The translations under genes were made by a program, and so were the position numbers. The notes beneath the pieces are model-generated. The model worked only from the letters and a program-made list of their open reading frames with translations. It was not told the DNA's origin and made no database searches. A DNA stretch of 64,000 nt from assembly GCA_029288725.1 (NCBI GenBank), contig JARIGS010000023.1:20582-84581 (forward strand), written 5' to 3'. This document shows positions 1 through 9,368 of this stretch, piece after piece. Every line of letters begins with the position of its first letter. The stretch's first letter is position 1. The DNA comes from Candidatus Nomurabacteria bacterium (GTDB taxonomy: Bacteria > Patescibacteriota > Minisyncoccia > Phycocordibacterales > UBA9973).

Positions 1-273
1 TTTTAAGGTTGGGGCATCGGTATTTGCTCCTCCTTCAAGGAGAGCAAAGTATACTTCATGATTTCTCATGCCACCCCATTCAAAGGCAAAGCGTCGCTGG
101 AGTTCGTTGATTTCATAAACGTTTTTTTCTGCATCCTGGGAAAGTTCCTTGATGTGATCCATGATCAGATTCGCATGTTTCACATAGCCGGCATAGAGCT
201 TCTTGTGTTCTTCAATGGTTTTTTCACTAATGCCATTGAGAGCAGGGATAGAAAATTGTTGTTCGGTATACAT
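1..273 (-). CDS. sodA: Fe/Mn superoxide dismutase, N-terminal part (gene continues beyond window start)
   Basis: Reverse-strand translation from ATG at 273..271 gives MYTEQQFSIPALNGISEKTIEEHKKLYAGYVKHAN...EWGGMRNHEVYF, matching the Fe/Mn SOD N-terminal helix signature (HHxKHH-like, EFxxxGGxxNH). The ORF runs off the window edge. Confidence 0.7.
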   Translation of the reverse strand, partial: MYTEQQFSIPALNGISEKTIEEHKKLYAGYVKHANLIMDHIKELSQDAEKNVYEINELQRRFAFEWGGMRNHEVYFALLEGGANTDAPTLK

Positions 274-324
274 ATTGATTATTTCTTTTGATTATCTTGG
301 ATTTAAATTGATAACGGTATTGCT

Positions 325-1209
325 ATGGTTACAGTATACATGAGCTATCACCGCCGCACACTATCCGTATTGTTTGGTCTGCTCGCCGCATTGATTGCGG
401 CAGGTGTGTTATTGCAGCCGGTGAAAAATGATGGCAAGACCCATATGTACATGCTCAATATCGGCCAGGGTGATAGCTTCCTGATTGTGGCCGCCAACCA
501 CAAGAAATTACTGATCGATGGCGGCCGCGATACGACGGTCCTTTCCGAGCTATCAAAAGTTTTGCCCGTAGGAGATCAGACGATCGATGTCATGATCGCC
601 ACTCATCCCGATGCTGACCACATTGGCGGTCTGCAGTATGTCCTGCAACGCTATCACGTTGGACTATTCCTTACCTCTGAAGTACTGACTGATACTAAGA
701 CGTTTACCGACTTGTATAAGGAATTATTGAAAGAGCATATACCTTCGTACTACGTGCGACACGGCATGATACTTACGCTTGATGCAGTTACCGGCACCAC
801 CTTCACTGTATTATTTCCTGATCGTGATACCTCGGGCTGGCAGACAAATCCTGCATCGGTGGTAGGGAAATTGCAGACAGGGAATAGAAGCATATTGTTT
901 ACGGGCGATTCACCATCATCAGTTGAGCATTTTTTAGTGCAGGCAGAACCACAAGCACTGCATGCCGATGTGTTGAAACTCGGTCATCATGGTTCAAAAT
1001 ATTCTTCCAGTACCGAATACTTACAAGTGGTCGCACCGGTACTTGGGTTGATTTCTGCCGGCATAGACAACAAATATGGCCATCCTAATGTCGAAACGCT
1101 TGGCAGGTTACAGGATTTGCACATTCCCTGGATCAGTACCCAGCAAAAGGGAACTGTCGAGCTTACCACCGATGGTACTGCTCAATGGACGTGGCATAGT
1201 GTTGAGTAA
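325..1209 (+). CDS. Membrane-anchored metallo-beta-lactamase-fold protein of the ComEC/Rec2 C-terminal type
   Basis: N-terminal TM helix, then MBL motifs (GQGDSFLI, ATHPDADHIGG, KLGHHGS). Resembles the standalone ComEC C-terminal nuclease domain. Alternative start at 340. Confidence 0.7.
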   Translation: MVTVYMSYHRRTLSVLFGLLAALIAAGVLLQPVKNDGKTHMYMLNIGQGDSFLIVAANHKKLLIDGGRDTTVLSELSKVLPVGDQTIDVMIATHPDADHIGGLQYVLQRYHVGLFLTSEVLTDTKTFTDLYKELLKEHIPSYYVRHGMILTLDAVTGTTFTVLFPDRDTSGWQTNPASVVGKLQTGNRSILFTGDSPSSVEHFLVQAEPQALHADVLKLGHHGSKYSSSTEYLQVVAPVLGLISAGIDNKYGHPNVETLGRLQDLHIPWISTQQKGTVELTTDGTAQWTWHSVE

Positions 1210-1449
1210 TTTTTGAGTATTTCTTCAGATAGTCTTGAGCATGTATTTTGTACACTGCATAAAAAAATATGGAAACAATCATCATCGAACAACCAGTTAT
1301 CATGTGCCCGCTCTGCTTACTCGTTATGTTGATATCAGAGTATGATGCTCATATCAAACTTCATGAACATGCGGAAATGCTGGCCGACATTGTAGCCTTG
1401 AATAGGCGATAGAACCCAGTAATGGGTTCTTGCTATTTATTGACATAAT

Positions 1450-1475
1450 TATACTGATATATATACTTCAGTATA
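1450..1475. promoter_or_regulatory. Inverted repeat TATACTGA-N10-TCAGTATA overlapping the antitoxin gene start; putative autoregulatory operator
   Basis: Perfect 8-bp inverted repeat (1450..1457 / 1468..1475) immediately upstream of, and overlapping, the DinJ start codons. This is the typical arrangement for TA operon autorepression. Confidence 0.4.
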
Positions 1476-1486
1476 TGCTTACCACT

Positions 1487-1765
1487 ATGCTCATCAAGAT
1501 CGACAAACCATTAAAAGAGAAAGCCCAAAAGACTGCCAAACAGCTTGGCTTGCCTCTCTCTACCATTATCAATAATTACCTCAAAACATTTGTGCAAGAA
1601 AAACAAGTGACTTTTAGTGAAAGCTATATCCCCAGTGCAAAAACGGTACGAGCCATTAGGTCTGCTGAAAAAGATATGAAGTTAGGAAGAAATATTTCTC
1701 CTAGCTTTAGTAATGCAAAAGAAGCAATTGATTATTTAAGAGAATACAATAAAAAACATGGTTAG
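1487..1765 (+). CDS. dinJ: RelB/DinJ-family antitoxin
   Basis: MLIKIDKPLKEKAQKTAKQLGLPLSTIINNYLKTF... The N-terminal ribbon-helix-helix and the C-terminal segment align with DinJ (IxSIKNSExG...DADDLFDKL-like). The ORF could start at 1430 or 1475 instead. AT-rich. Confidence 0.6.
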   Translation: MLIKIDKPLKEKAQKTAKQLGLPLSTIINNYLKTFVQEKQVTFSESYIPSAKTVRAIRSAEKDMKLGRNISPSFSNAKEAIDYLREYNKKHG

Positions 1766-1895
1766 CCTCCATGGTCCCTTCGAAGGATATTGGAGTATAA
1801 ATATCTCTGGAAATATTCGGGCAATATATAAAGCAGATGATAATAATGAAATTGTTTTTATTCGCATTGGCACTCACAGCGAGCTCTATAAATAA
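1758..1895 (+). pseudogene. YafQ/RelE-family toxin remnant, C-terminal 45 codons only
   Basis: ATG overlaps the dinJ stop (ATGGTTAG). The product MVSLHGPFEGYWSINISGNIRAIYKADDNNEIVFIRIGTHSELYK matches the C-terminal half of YafQ (LQGSWKGYRDAHVEPDWILIYK...RTGTHAALF). The upstream frame has stops, so the N-terminal half is missing. Confidence 0.45.
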
Positions 1896-1925
1896 AAACT
1901 CTTGAGGACCGACCTCAAGAGTTTT
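1894..1925. terminator. Rho-independent terminator hairpin (CTCTTGAGG-loop-CCTCAAGAG + TTTT)
   Basis: 9-bp perfect stem followed by a T-run, directly after the TA pair. Confidence 0.6.
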
Positions 1926-1975
1926 GCAGAATCAACGGTTTGGGATATAGTAAAGGAAACCAATACTTTATAGCC

Positions 1976-2170
1976 ATGTACAGCAATCAGACAGTATTCG
2001 CCTTGTTGGCGAAAAACGAAGAAAACTTTCCATTGTTTGAAAATCAAAAAGTAGACGAATTGGAAAAACAAAAAATATACTCTGCTGAAGAGGTATTACG
2101 ATCATTCATACACGTTTTAAAAAGTCCTAATAGGTTTAGGCGAAGCTTGGTCTCTGCATATTGCGCATAA
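1976..2170 (+). CDS. Hypothetical small protein (64 aa from ATG; ORF opens at TTG 1940)
   Basis: Open frame flanked by its own upstream and downstream terminator hairpins. AT-rich. No recognisable motif. Confidence 0.3.
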   Translation: MYSNQTVFALLAKNEENFPLFENQKVDELEKQKIYSAEEVLRSFIHVLKSPNRFRRSLVSAYCA

Positions 2171-2184
2171 TAAAGTTTATAAAT

Positions 2185-2217
2185 AAAAGGCGTTCCCCTA
2201 CGGGGAACGCCTTTTTT
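2185..2217. terminator. Bidirectional terminator (GGCGTTCCCC-TAC-GGGGAACGCC flanked by A-run and T-run)
   Basis: 10-bp GC-rich stem. A6 upstream and T6 downstream. Serves rpmB (minus) and the small plus-strand ORF. Confidence 0.75.
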
Positions 2218-2235
2218 ATTAACCCTACATTTGTA

Positions 2236-2481
2236 TTATTTCAACACGCCTGCTGTCTTAAGGGCATTGAAGGCACCGTTCTTTTGAATAGTGCGCATGC
2301 CTTTAGTAGAAACGGTCAAAATGACAGTCTTGTTCAGTTCAGGCACATATACGCGCTTCTTCTGAAGGTTTGCATACTTGCGGTGACTGCCTGTTGGGGT
2401 AAACACGGTCGCACGAGTGCGGTTCGCGTACTTGCCGCCTACCTGGGAGGTCTTTTTAGTTATTGCACATGCTTTTGCCAT
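2236..2481 (-). CDS. rpmB: 50S ribosomal protein L28
   Basis: MAKACAITKKTSQVGGKYANRTRATVFTPTGSH...VSTKGMRTIQKNG matches the L28 family. Confidence 0.85.
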   Translation of the reverse strand: MAKACAITKKTSQVGGKYANRTRATVFTPTGSHRKYANLQKKRVYVPELNKTVILTVSTKGMRTIQKNGAFNALKTAGVLK

Positions 2482-2513
2482 AGTGTCCGCATGGTACCAT
2501 ATGACTTTTTATT

Positions 2514-3170
2514 GTGCAAGAAGTATACTATGGCTCATATATGACTACTGCCACCTCTATTTTCTACTTTGTCGTCCTTATTTTCTCGATTATTGTGCAT
2601 GAAGTCGCTCACGGCCTGATCGCTGAGCGAGAAGGGGATCCCACAGCCCGCAATTTGGGACGTATCACGCTAAACCCCCTGAAGCATATTGATTGGCTTG
2701 GATCCGTTATTTTACCAGTAATTTTGCTGCTTTCTGGGACTAACTTCCTTATTGGCTGGGCAAAGCCAGTACCTTATAATCCTGATAACCTACACCATGG
2801 CCGGAAAAGCGAGGCAAAAGTAGCTATTGCCGGCATTGTCGTTAATCTCACCATTGCCCTCTTTTTTGGCTTGGTTATTCGAACGGCTTTGGCGCTGCAC
2901 TATGGAAATATCGCACTTATTGACGGCAGCGGCGTTATCGTCCTTATTAATATCGTTTTGGCCTTATTTAACAGTATTCCCTTGGCACCATTGGATGGAT
3001 TTCGCTTTTTAAACGCCATTCTCCCTGCGCGAACTATGCCTACTATGCGGATATTGGAACAATTTAGCCTCCCACTTCTCCTCCTTTTCATCGTATTTGG
3101 CTGGGCAGCGGTTGCTCCACTGGCATTTAAGGCATTTGCCCTCCTTACCGGCATAGCAGTTCCTCTGTAG
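2514..3170 (+). CDS. Site-2 protease family (peptidase M50) intramembrane zinc metalloprotease
   Basis: HEVAHG (HExxH) sits within a TM segment. The downstream NSIPLAPLDG (LDG) motif is present. Multiple TM helices. Alternative start at 2541. Confidence 0.8.
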   Translation: MQEVYYGSYMTTATSIFYFVVLIFSIIVHEVAHGLIAEREGDPTARNLGRITLNPLKHIDWLGSVILPVILLLSGTNFLIGWAKPVPYNPDNLHHGRKSEAKVAIAGIVVNLTIALFFGLVIRTALALHYGNIALIDGSGVIVLINIVLALFNSIPLAPLDGFRFLNAILPARTMPTMRILEQFSLPLLLLFIVFGWAAVAPLAFKAFALLTGIAVPL

Positions 3171-3211
3171 CCTCTTGTCTTTTTTGAGCAAGTATAGTAG
3201 CATAGCGGGAC

Positions 3212-3631
3212 ATGGCTACGTTTAATCAGCTAATCAAGAAACCACGAAAGAGCGCACCCCGCAAAATCAAGGCGGTGGCACTTTCTGTTGGGATGAACCA
3301 CATCCACAACAAACCAGTATTTTATCCGTCTCCTTTCAAGCGCGGCGTATGTACCAAAGTTACTACTACTACCCCAAAGAAGCCGAACTCCGCGGTTCGT
3401 AAGATCGCCCGTATTCGTCTTACTAATGGTAAGGAAGTAACTGCCTACATTCCAGGTGAAGGTCACAACCTCCAGGAACACTCAGTGGTTATGATCCGCG
3501 GTGGTCGTGTGAAGGACTTGATCGGTGTGCGTTATCACGTTGTTCGTGGCGTCCTCGACACACAGGGTATTGAAAAGCGTCGCAAGAGTCGCTCATTGTA
3601 CGGTACCAAATTGCCCAAGGCGAAGAAATAA
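3212..3631 (+). CDS. rpsL: 30S ribosomal protein S12
   Basis: [13 protein letters not shown]...[13 protein letters not shown]...[27 protein letters not shown]. Carries an insertion of about 10 aa relative to E. coli S12. Confidence 0.95.
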   Translation: MATFNQLIKKPRKSAPRKIKAVALSVGMNHIHNKPVFYPSPFKRGVCTKVTTTTPKKPNSAVRKIARIRLTNGKEVTAYIPGEGHNLQEHSVVMIRGGRVKDLIGVRYHVVRGVLDTQGIEKRRKSRSLYGTKLPKAKK

Positions 3632-3643
3632 TTTACATAATAT

Positions 3644-4117
3644 ATGCGAAGAAAAGTTACCAATCGAAATATGGTCTCTCCAGACATCAAGTATGGCTCA
3701 GAACAGCTTGAGAAGTTTATCAATTCCATCATGCAGGACGGGAAGAAAAACACTGCCCGCACTATTGTCTACGGTGCCCTTGATATCATTAAGGAAAAGG
3801 ACAGTACTGTTGAAAATGCATTGGAAGTATTTGACAATGCGATCAAGAACGCTGGTCCTTTGGTGGAAGTACGCTCACGCCGTATCGGTGGTGCAAACTA
3901 CCAGGTTCCTCGTGAAGTTCGTACCGAACGCCGCAATGCGCTTGCAATGCGCTGGATCATTGATGCCACTCGTTCACGAAAGGGCGTAAAGACCGCTGTT
4001 GCACTCGCTGACGAGCTCGCTCTCGCTGCAAAAAATGAAGGAAATGCGGTGAAAAAGAAAAAGGATACCCACAAAATGGCGGAATCCAACAAAGCCTTCG
4101 CCCACTTCGCTTGGTAA
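3644..4117 (+). CDS. rpsG: 30S ribosomal protein S7
   Basis: Typical S7 sequence (EVRSRRIGGANYQVP, ERRNALAMRWII). Confidence 0.95.
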   Translation: MRRKVTNRNMVSPDIKYGSEQLEKFINSIMQDGKKNTARTIVYGALDIIKEKDSTVENALEVFDNAIKNAGPLVEVRSRRIGGANYQVPREVRTERRNALAMRWIIDATRSRKGVKTAVALADELALAAKNEGNAVKKKKDTHKMAESNKAFAHFAW

Positions 4118-4125
4118 TACAAATA

Positions 4126-4152
4126 AGACCCCGAAAGGGGTTTTATTTTTTT
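4126..4152 (+). terminator. Terminator or attenuator hairpin (ACCCC-GAAA-GGGGT + T-run)
   Basis: Stem-loop plus TTTTATTTTTTT between rpsG and fusA. Confidence 0.5.
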
Positions 4153-4213
4153 CTATATGGTGTATAGTATCTGCACTCTATATTAATTAATAACAAAACA
4201 GAGAACATTATTT

Positions 4214-6355
4214 ATGGAACGAGAATTCCCATTAGAAAAAGTACGAAATTTCGGTATCATTGCCCACATTGATGCCGGGAAGACCACGACGTCAGAACGC
4301 GTGCTCTTCTATACTGGCATGAGCCACAAGATCGGTGAGGTGCACGAAGGTGAGACCACAACCGACTGGATGGAACAGGAGCGCGAGCGCGGTATCACTA
4401 TTACTGCGGCTGCGGTGACCTGTACTTGGATCCCCACCTATGACAATGGCGACAAGAACCGCCGTTTCCGTTTCAATATTATCGACACCCCAGGACACAT
4501 TGACTTTACCGTGGAAGTGAAGCGTTCACTTCGCGTGCTCGACGGTGCCGTAGTGGTATTCGACGGCGTTGCTGGTGTTGAGCCACAGTCAGAAACCAAC
4601 TGGCGCTATGCTGACGAAGCAAATGTTCCTCGTATCTGTTTTGTGAACAAACTCGATCGTACCGGTGCCTCATTTGAGCACTCATTCAAGACCATTCTCG
4701 ACCGTCTCTCCAAGAAGGCCGTTCGCGCCCAGCTTCCAATCGGTCTCGAAGAAAACCACGAAGGTGTAGTGGACCTTTTGAAAATGAAGGCGTATTACTT
4801 CGAAGGCGACATGGGCAATAAGGTTGTTGAAAAGGACATTCCTGAAAACATGATGGCCGATGCAACAAAGTATCGCGCAGAATTGATCGAACGCATTGTT
4901 GAAAATGACGAGGCGGTCATGAATGATTACCTTGAAGGCAAGGAACCTTCTCTTGAGGTCTTGAAAAAGCTTATGCGTAAGGCTGTTATCGCCAATGACA
5001 TCTTCCCGGTGTACGCCGGTAGTGCATTGAAGAACAAGGGCGTACAGCTCGTGCTCGATGCGGTGGTGGACTACCTTCCAGCTCCAACTGACATTAAGGC
5101 TGTTACTGGAACCAACCCTGACACTGATGAGCCAATGCAGCGTCATGCTGATGACAAGGAACCGTTTGCCGCATTGGCTTTCAAGTCGATGGCAGACCCA
5201 TTCGTTGGCCAGCTCGTGTTCTTCCGTGTGTACTCTGGAACCGTTGAAGCAGGTTCATACATTTACAACCCTCGTACTGGTAACAAGGAACGCTTGAGTC
5301 GTATCGTGCGTATGCAGGCTGACCAGCGTGAAGAAGTGAAGAAGGTCTTTGCCGGTGAAATCGCCGCTGCAGTTGGTCTAAAGGAAGCTAAGACTTCAGA
5401 TACCCTCTGTGATGAAGCTAACCCTATCATTCTTGACCGTATCACCTTCCCAGAACCGGTGATCAACCTTCGTATTGAGCCAAAGACTAAGGCTGACCAG
5501 GAAAAAATGGGTCTTGCCTTGAACCGTTTGTCCGATGAAGACCCAACCTTCCGTGTTTCAACCGATCCTGAAACTGAGGAAACTATCATTGCCGGTATGG
5601 GCGAACTCCACCTTGAAATCATCGTTGATCGTATGAAGCGTGAGTTCAATGTTGAGGCAAATGTTGGTAAGCCACAGGTGGCATACCGCGAAACTATTAC
5701 TGCTGAAGCGCAGGCTGAAGGGAAGTACATCAAGCAGTCTGGTGGTAAGGGTAACTATGGTCACGTCAAGATCAAGATTAAGCCAATGGATCAGAATGTT
5801 GATCCAAAGGACCTTCCAAAGAACGTGAAGCGCTCAGAAGGCTTTGAATTCGTAAACAACATCAAGGGTGGTGCTATTCCTCAGGAATACATTGCACCGA
5901 TTGAAAAGGGTCTTCGTGAAGGACTTGACCGCGGTATCGTTGCCGGCTTCAAGATGGAAAACGTCTCTGTTGACCTTTACGATGGTTCATTCCACGAAGT
6001 CGACTCGAACGAAATGGCCTTCAAGATTGCCGCAAGTATGGCAATTCAGGAAGCTGCCCGCGCTGCAAAGCCGGTTATCCTTGAACCGATGATGAAGGTT
6101 GAAGTAGTAACCCCTGACAAGTTCATGGGTGACGTGACCGGATCCCTCTCATCACGCCGTGGCTTGATCGAAGGTATGGAAACACGCGGTATGAACCAGG
6201 TGGTAAACGCTGTAGTGCCATTGTCGGAAATGTTTGGCTACATGACCAACCTCCGTTCTATGACCGAAGGCCGTGCAAGCTTCACTATGGAATTCACTCG
6301 TTACGATATCGTTCCACAGAACGTTGCAACCACGATCGCAGAATCTCGCAAGTAA
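4214..6355 (+). CDS. fusA: Elongation factor G
   Basis: [22 protein letters not shown] and [11 protein letters not shown]. Full-length EF-G architecture, 713 aa. Confidence 0.97.
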   Translation: MEREFPLEKVRNFGIIAHIDAGKTTTSERVLFYTGMSHKIGEVHEGETTTDWMEQERERGITITAAAVTCTWIPTYDNGDKNRRFRFNIIDTPGHIDFTVEVKRSLRVLDGAVVVFDGVAGVEPQSETNWRYADEANVPRICFVNKLDRTGASFEHSFKTILDRLSKKAVRAQLPIGLEENHEGVVDLLKMKAYYFEGDMGNKVVEKDIPENMMADATKYRAELIERIVENDEAVMNDYLEGKEPSLEVLKKLMRKAVIANDIFPVYAGSALKNKGVQLVLDAVVDYLPAPTDIKAVTGTNPDTDEPMQRHADDKEPFAALAFKSMADPFVGQLVFFRVYSGTVEAGSYIYNPRTGNKERLSRIVRMQADQREEVKKVFAGEIAAAVGLKEAKTSDTLCDEANPIILDRITFPEPVINLRIEPKTKADQEKMGLALNRLSDEDPTFRVSTDPETEETIIAGMGELHLEIIVDRMKREFNVEANVGKPQVAYRETITAEAQAEGKYIKQSGGKGNYGHVKIKIKPMDQNVDPKDLPKNVKRSEGFEFVNNIKGGAIPQEYIAPIEKGLREGLDRGIVAGFKMENVSVDLYDGSFHEVDSNEMAFKIAASMAIQEAARAAKPVILEPMMKVEVVTPDKFMGDVTGSLSSRRGLIEGMETRGMNQVVNAVVPLSEMFGYMTNLRSMTEGRASFTMEFTRYDIVPQNVATTIAESRK

Positions 6356-6364
6356 GTACTATAG

Positions 6365-6398
6365 AAAAGGGTGGACACCTACGGTGTCCACCCTTTTT
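6365..6398 (+). terminator. Rho-independent terminator after fusA
   Basis: AAAGGGTGGACACC-TACG-GGTGTCCACCCTTTTT. Confidence 0.8.
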
Positions 6399-6422
6399 GT
6401 TATAGCTGTATCATTATAATGG

Positions 6423-6452
6423 TTGACAAATGACTTGATTTGGAGCTATGAT
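6423..6452 (+). promoter_or_regulatory. Sigma70-like promoter for tuf (TTGACA-18-TATGAT)
   Basis: Consensus -35 TTGACA at 6423..6428 and -10 TATGAT at 6447..6452, about 70 nt upstream of tuf. Confidence 0.5.
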
Positions 6453-6522
6453 AGGGCACAATCGCTTTTTTGCGTTGTTTTTGTTTGTTAGATTATTACT
6501 TAACTAAAAAGAGTTTATTATT

Positions 6523-7716
6523 ATGGCTGCTGAAGCTTTCGATCGTTCAAAGCCGCACGTAAACGTAGGTACCATTGGTCACGTTGACCACGGTAAGACT
6601 ACCCTTACTGCTGCTATCCTCCATGTTCTTAACATGGCTGGAAACCAAGTTAAAATGAAAGGTGTTAGTGATATTGACGGTGCTCCTGAAGAAAAGGCAC
6701 GTGGAATCACTATTAACATCTCTCACAACGAGTACTCTACTGCTACTCGTCACTACGCACACATTGATGCCCCAGGTCACGCTGACTACATCAAGAACAT
6801 GATTACTGGTGCCGCTCAGATGGACGGTGCAGTGCTCGTGGTTGCTGCGACTGACGGTGCTATGCCTCAGACTCGTGAACACATCCTTCTTGCGAAGCAG
6901 GTTGGTGTGCCAAAAATCATTGTCTTCCTTAACAAGTGTGACATGGTTGATGACCCTGACATGCTCGACCTCGTGGAAGAAGAAATCCGTGAAATCCTTG
7001 GTAAGCAAGGCTTTGACAAGGATTGTCCTGTAATCCGCGGTTCAGGTCTTAAGGCCCTTGAAGCAACTTCTATCGAAGATCCATGGGCTCAGAAAGTGCT
7101 TGATCTTTGTAACGCACTTGATACGTACTTCCCACTTCCAGAACGTGACGTTGATAAGTCTTTCCTTATGCCGATCGAAGACATATTCTCTATTGAAGGT
7201 CGCGGTACAGTGGTAACTGGCCGTATCGAACGCGGTATTGTGAAGGTTGGTGAAGAAGTAGAAATTGTTGGTATCAAGGATACTGCCAAGACTACTGTTA
7301 CCGGTATCGAAATGTTCAACAAGCAGTTGACTGAAGGTATGGCAGGTGACAACGCAGGTATTCTCCTCCGTGGCGTGAAGAAAGAAGACCTTACTCGCGG
7401 CCAGGTGCTTGCGAAGACAGGTACTGTGAAGCCTCACACCGAATTCGAAGGTGAAATCTACGTATTGAAGAAAGAAGAAGGTGGTCGTCACACCCCATTC
7501 ATCAACGGTTACAAGCCTCAGTTCTACATCCGTACAACTGACGTGACCGGTGAAGTAACACTTCCAGCAGGAACAGAAATGGTTATGCCAGGCGACACCG
7601 TGAAAATCACCGTGAAGCTCGTTGTACCAGTTGCGCTTGAAGACCAGATGCGTTTCGCTATCCGTGAAGGTGGCCGAACAGTCGGTGCAGGTGTTGTTAC
7701 TAAAGTTATTGCGTAA
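6523..7716 (+). CDS. tuf: Elongation factor Tu
   Basis: [26 protein letters not shown]. 397 aa. Confidence 0.98.
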   Translation: MAAEAFDRSKPHVNVGTIGHVDHGKTTLTAAILHVLNMAGNQVKMKGVSDIDGAPEEKARGITINISHNEYSTATRHYAHIDAPGHADYIKNMITGAAQMDGAVLVVAATDGAMPQTREHILLAKQVGVPKIIVFLNKCDMVDDPDMLDLVEEEIREILGKQGFDKDCPVIRGSGLKALEATSIEDPWAQKVLDLCNALDTYFPLPERDVDKSFLMPIEDIFSIEGRGTVVTGRIERGIVKVGEEVEIVGIKDTAKTTVTGIEMFNKQLTEGMAGDNAGILLRGVKKEDLTRGQVLAKTGTVKPHTEFEGEIYVLKKEEGGRHTPFINGYKPQFYIRTTDVTGEVTLPAGTEMVMPGDTVKITVKLVVPVALEDQMRFAIREGGRTVGAGVVTKVIA

Positions 7717-7756
7717 TCAACTAGAGAAATAGACAAGGCTCTTTAGACAAAACGAT

Positions 7757-8110
7757 ATGGCAACAACAAAAACAACCAAGAAAACAGCAAAGAAGGAGGA
7801 CCTTCAGTCAATGCTTCGAATCCGTGTTCGTGCTTACGAAAACAAGATTCTTGATGCTTCAGTGAAGCAGATCATTGACACTGCAGTTCGTTACGATGCA
7901 GTAGTACGAGGCCCAATCCCTCTCCCAACTGAGATCAAAAAGTACACCGTGAACCGTTCACCGTTCATCTACAAGAACTCCCGTGAACAGTTCGAAATGC
8001 GCGTGCACAAGCGTCTCATCGACATCGAGAACCCATCACCAAAAGTGATCGAATCTCTGACAAACCTATCAATGCCTTCAGGCGTAGATATCGATGTCAA
8101 AATGATGTAA
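7757..8110 (+). CDS. rpsJ: 30S ribosomal protein S10 (with N-terminal extension)
   Basis: IRVRAYENKILDASVKQIIDTA...GPIPLPT...FEMRVHKRLIDI. Confidence 0.95.
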   Translation: MATTKTTKKTAKKEDLQSMLRIRVRAYENKILDASVKQIIDTAVRYDAVVRGPIPLPTEIKKYTVNRSPFIYKNSREQFEMRVHKRLIDIENPSPKVIESLTNLSMPSGVDIDVKMM

Positions 8111-8114
8111 TCGC

Positions 8115-8147
8115 AAAAAGAACCCCGAAAGGGGTTCTTTTTGTTTT
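8115..8147 (+). terminator. Rho-independent terminator after rpsJ
   Basis: AAGAACCCC-GAAA-GGGGTTCTT + TTTGTTTTC. Confidence 0.75.
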
Positions 8148-8190
8148 CTTTATCTGGAATTTATCTCATAGTGGTAGAGTATATCCGCCT

Positions 8191-8580
8191 ATGATTAAAA
8201 ATTTTTTAGAATGGATTGGATTAAAAGAGAAATTGGATAGCAATTCAGAAAAACCCGTATATTTTAATGAAATGGAGATATGGTGGGCGGCATTGGGAGA
8301 AAACATTGGAGTAGAGATAAATGGCAATGGTGAGATGTTTTCTCGACCAGTGCTGATATATAAAAAGATAAGTCCGGGGAGTTTTTTAGCAGTCCCTCTG
8401 TCTACTCAAATAAAACAAGGTTCTTGGTATACGGAACTTGATTTTAAAGAGGCTAAAATTTCTGCTAACCTAGCCCAAATTCGTATTATGAGCAGTGCTC
8501 GTCTATACGATAAGATGGGGGAAGCTAATATTGAGGATTTTGAAAAAGTAAAAAGCGGATTTCTCCGCCTTTACTCATAA
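8191..8580 (+). CDS. MazF/PemK-like endoribonuclease-fold protein (putative orphan type II toxin)
   Basis: The core EIWWAALGENIGVEINGNGEMFSRPVLIYKK...SFLAVPLSTQIK aligns with the PemK/MazF/EndoA motif GDVYxADLSPxxGSEQxGxRPVLVIxxD...xVVAxxTxQ. Preceded by a 25-aa conserved N-terminal extension. AT-rich, about 33% GC. No adjacent antitoxin ORF. Confidence 0.5.
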   Translation: MIKNFLEWIGLKEKLDSNSEKPVYFNEMEIWWAALGENIGVEINGNGEMFSRPVLIYKKISPGSFLAVPLSTQIKQGSWYTELDFKEAKISANLAQIRIMSSARLYDKMGEANIEDFEKVKSGFLRLYS

Positions 8581-8657
8581 ATTTTCCCTTTCGGGAACGT
8601 GGGTAACCCCAAAAATTACTCTTTTATTCTATTCCAGGCCCTGATAGGTGTCAAATG

Positions 8658-8685
8658 TTGCACTTTTTTGAATCCCGTGTATAAT
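8658..8685 (+). promoter_or_regulatory. Promoter for rplC-rplD-rplW-rplB (TTGCAC-16-TATAAT)
   Basis: -35 at 8658..8663 and consensus -10 at 8680..8685. Lies downstream of the MazF-like insertion and re-initiates the S10 operon. Confidence 0.5.
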
Positions 8686-8751
8686 CCTGGGACTTGTTAA
8701 TTAATGGTCCAATGCCTTCGGGGGAAGCTCCAGGGTACGAACAAAAAAGCA

Positions 8752-9357
8752 ATGAAATATATTTTAGGAACAAAAGTAAATATGACCCAGCTCTTTGACG
8801 AGAGTGGTAAGGTCGCACCTGTCACTATCGTGAAGGCTATGCCAAACGTAGTAACTGGTATCAAAACCATCGATCGCGATGGATACACAGCAGTGCAGGT
8901 TGGTACTGTTGAGCAGAAGGAATCTCGTGTTGCAAAGGCTCAGCTTGGGCAGTTTGCTGGCAAGGGATACAAGGAAGTGCAGGAATTCCGCACTGATGGT
9001 GCCCCTGAGGCAACAATTGGTGACACCGTAACCGTGGAATCATTTGAAAAGGGTGATTCAGTAACCGTTACTGGCACTTCAAAGGCAAAGGGCTTCCAGG
9101 GTGTCGTGAAGCGTTACAACTTCAAGGGTGGACCACGTTCACACGGTCAGAAGCACTCAGAGCGCGAACCAGGTTCTATCGGTGGTGGTCTTCGTACGCA
9201 CGTACCAAAAGGTATGCGCATGGCGGGACGCACTGGCGGTGACACCGTAACCGTAAAAGGGTTGAAGGTTGTTGCGGTTGATGCAGAAAATAACCTTCTC
9301 TACATTAGTGGAGCAGTACCAGGTCGTCGCGGTACCGTTATTAGTATTGTTGGTTAA
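8752..9357 (+). CDS. rplC: 50S ribosomal protein L3
   Basis: MKYILGTKVNMTQLFDESGKVAPVTIV...GFKGGPRSHGQKHSEREPGSIGGG. Confidence 0.95.
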   Translation: MKYILGTKVNMTQLFDESGKVAPVTIVKAMPNVVTGIKTIDRDGYTAVQVGTVEQKESRVAKAQLGQFAGKGYKEVQEFRTDGAPEATIGDTVTVESFEKGDSVTVTGTSKAKGFQGVVKRYNFKGGPRSHGQKHSEREPGSIGGGLRTHVPKGMRMAGRTGGDTVTVKGLKVVAVDAENNLLYISGAVPGRRGTVISIVG

Positions 9358-9368
9358 GAGTTATATAT

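Noticed and set aside
58-291. Plus-strand 77-aa ORF at the window start
   Set aside because: It is antisense to the clearly conserved Fe/Mn SOD reading frame on the minus strand, and its own product is low-complexity with no motif.
2161-2544. Plus-strand 127-aa ORF across the rpmB region
   Set aside because: Overlaps rpmB (L28) on the opposite strand and runs through the bidirectional terminator. No motif.
3212-3631. Extra roughly 10 residues in S12, and N- or C-terminal extensions in S10, L4 and S19
   Set aside because: These are lineage-typical low-complexity extensions of ribosomal proteins. There is no nucleotide-level repeat signature, so they are not counted as repeat insertions.
4682-5146. 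Minus-strand ORFs inside fusA. Similar cases inside tuf (6547..7008, 7042..7491), ftsH (30209..30915), recG, pilB and ligA (61557..62102).
   Set aside because: These are antisense frames within strongly conserved genes. Their length reflects GC-rich codon usage rather than coding.
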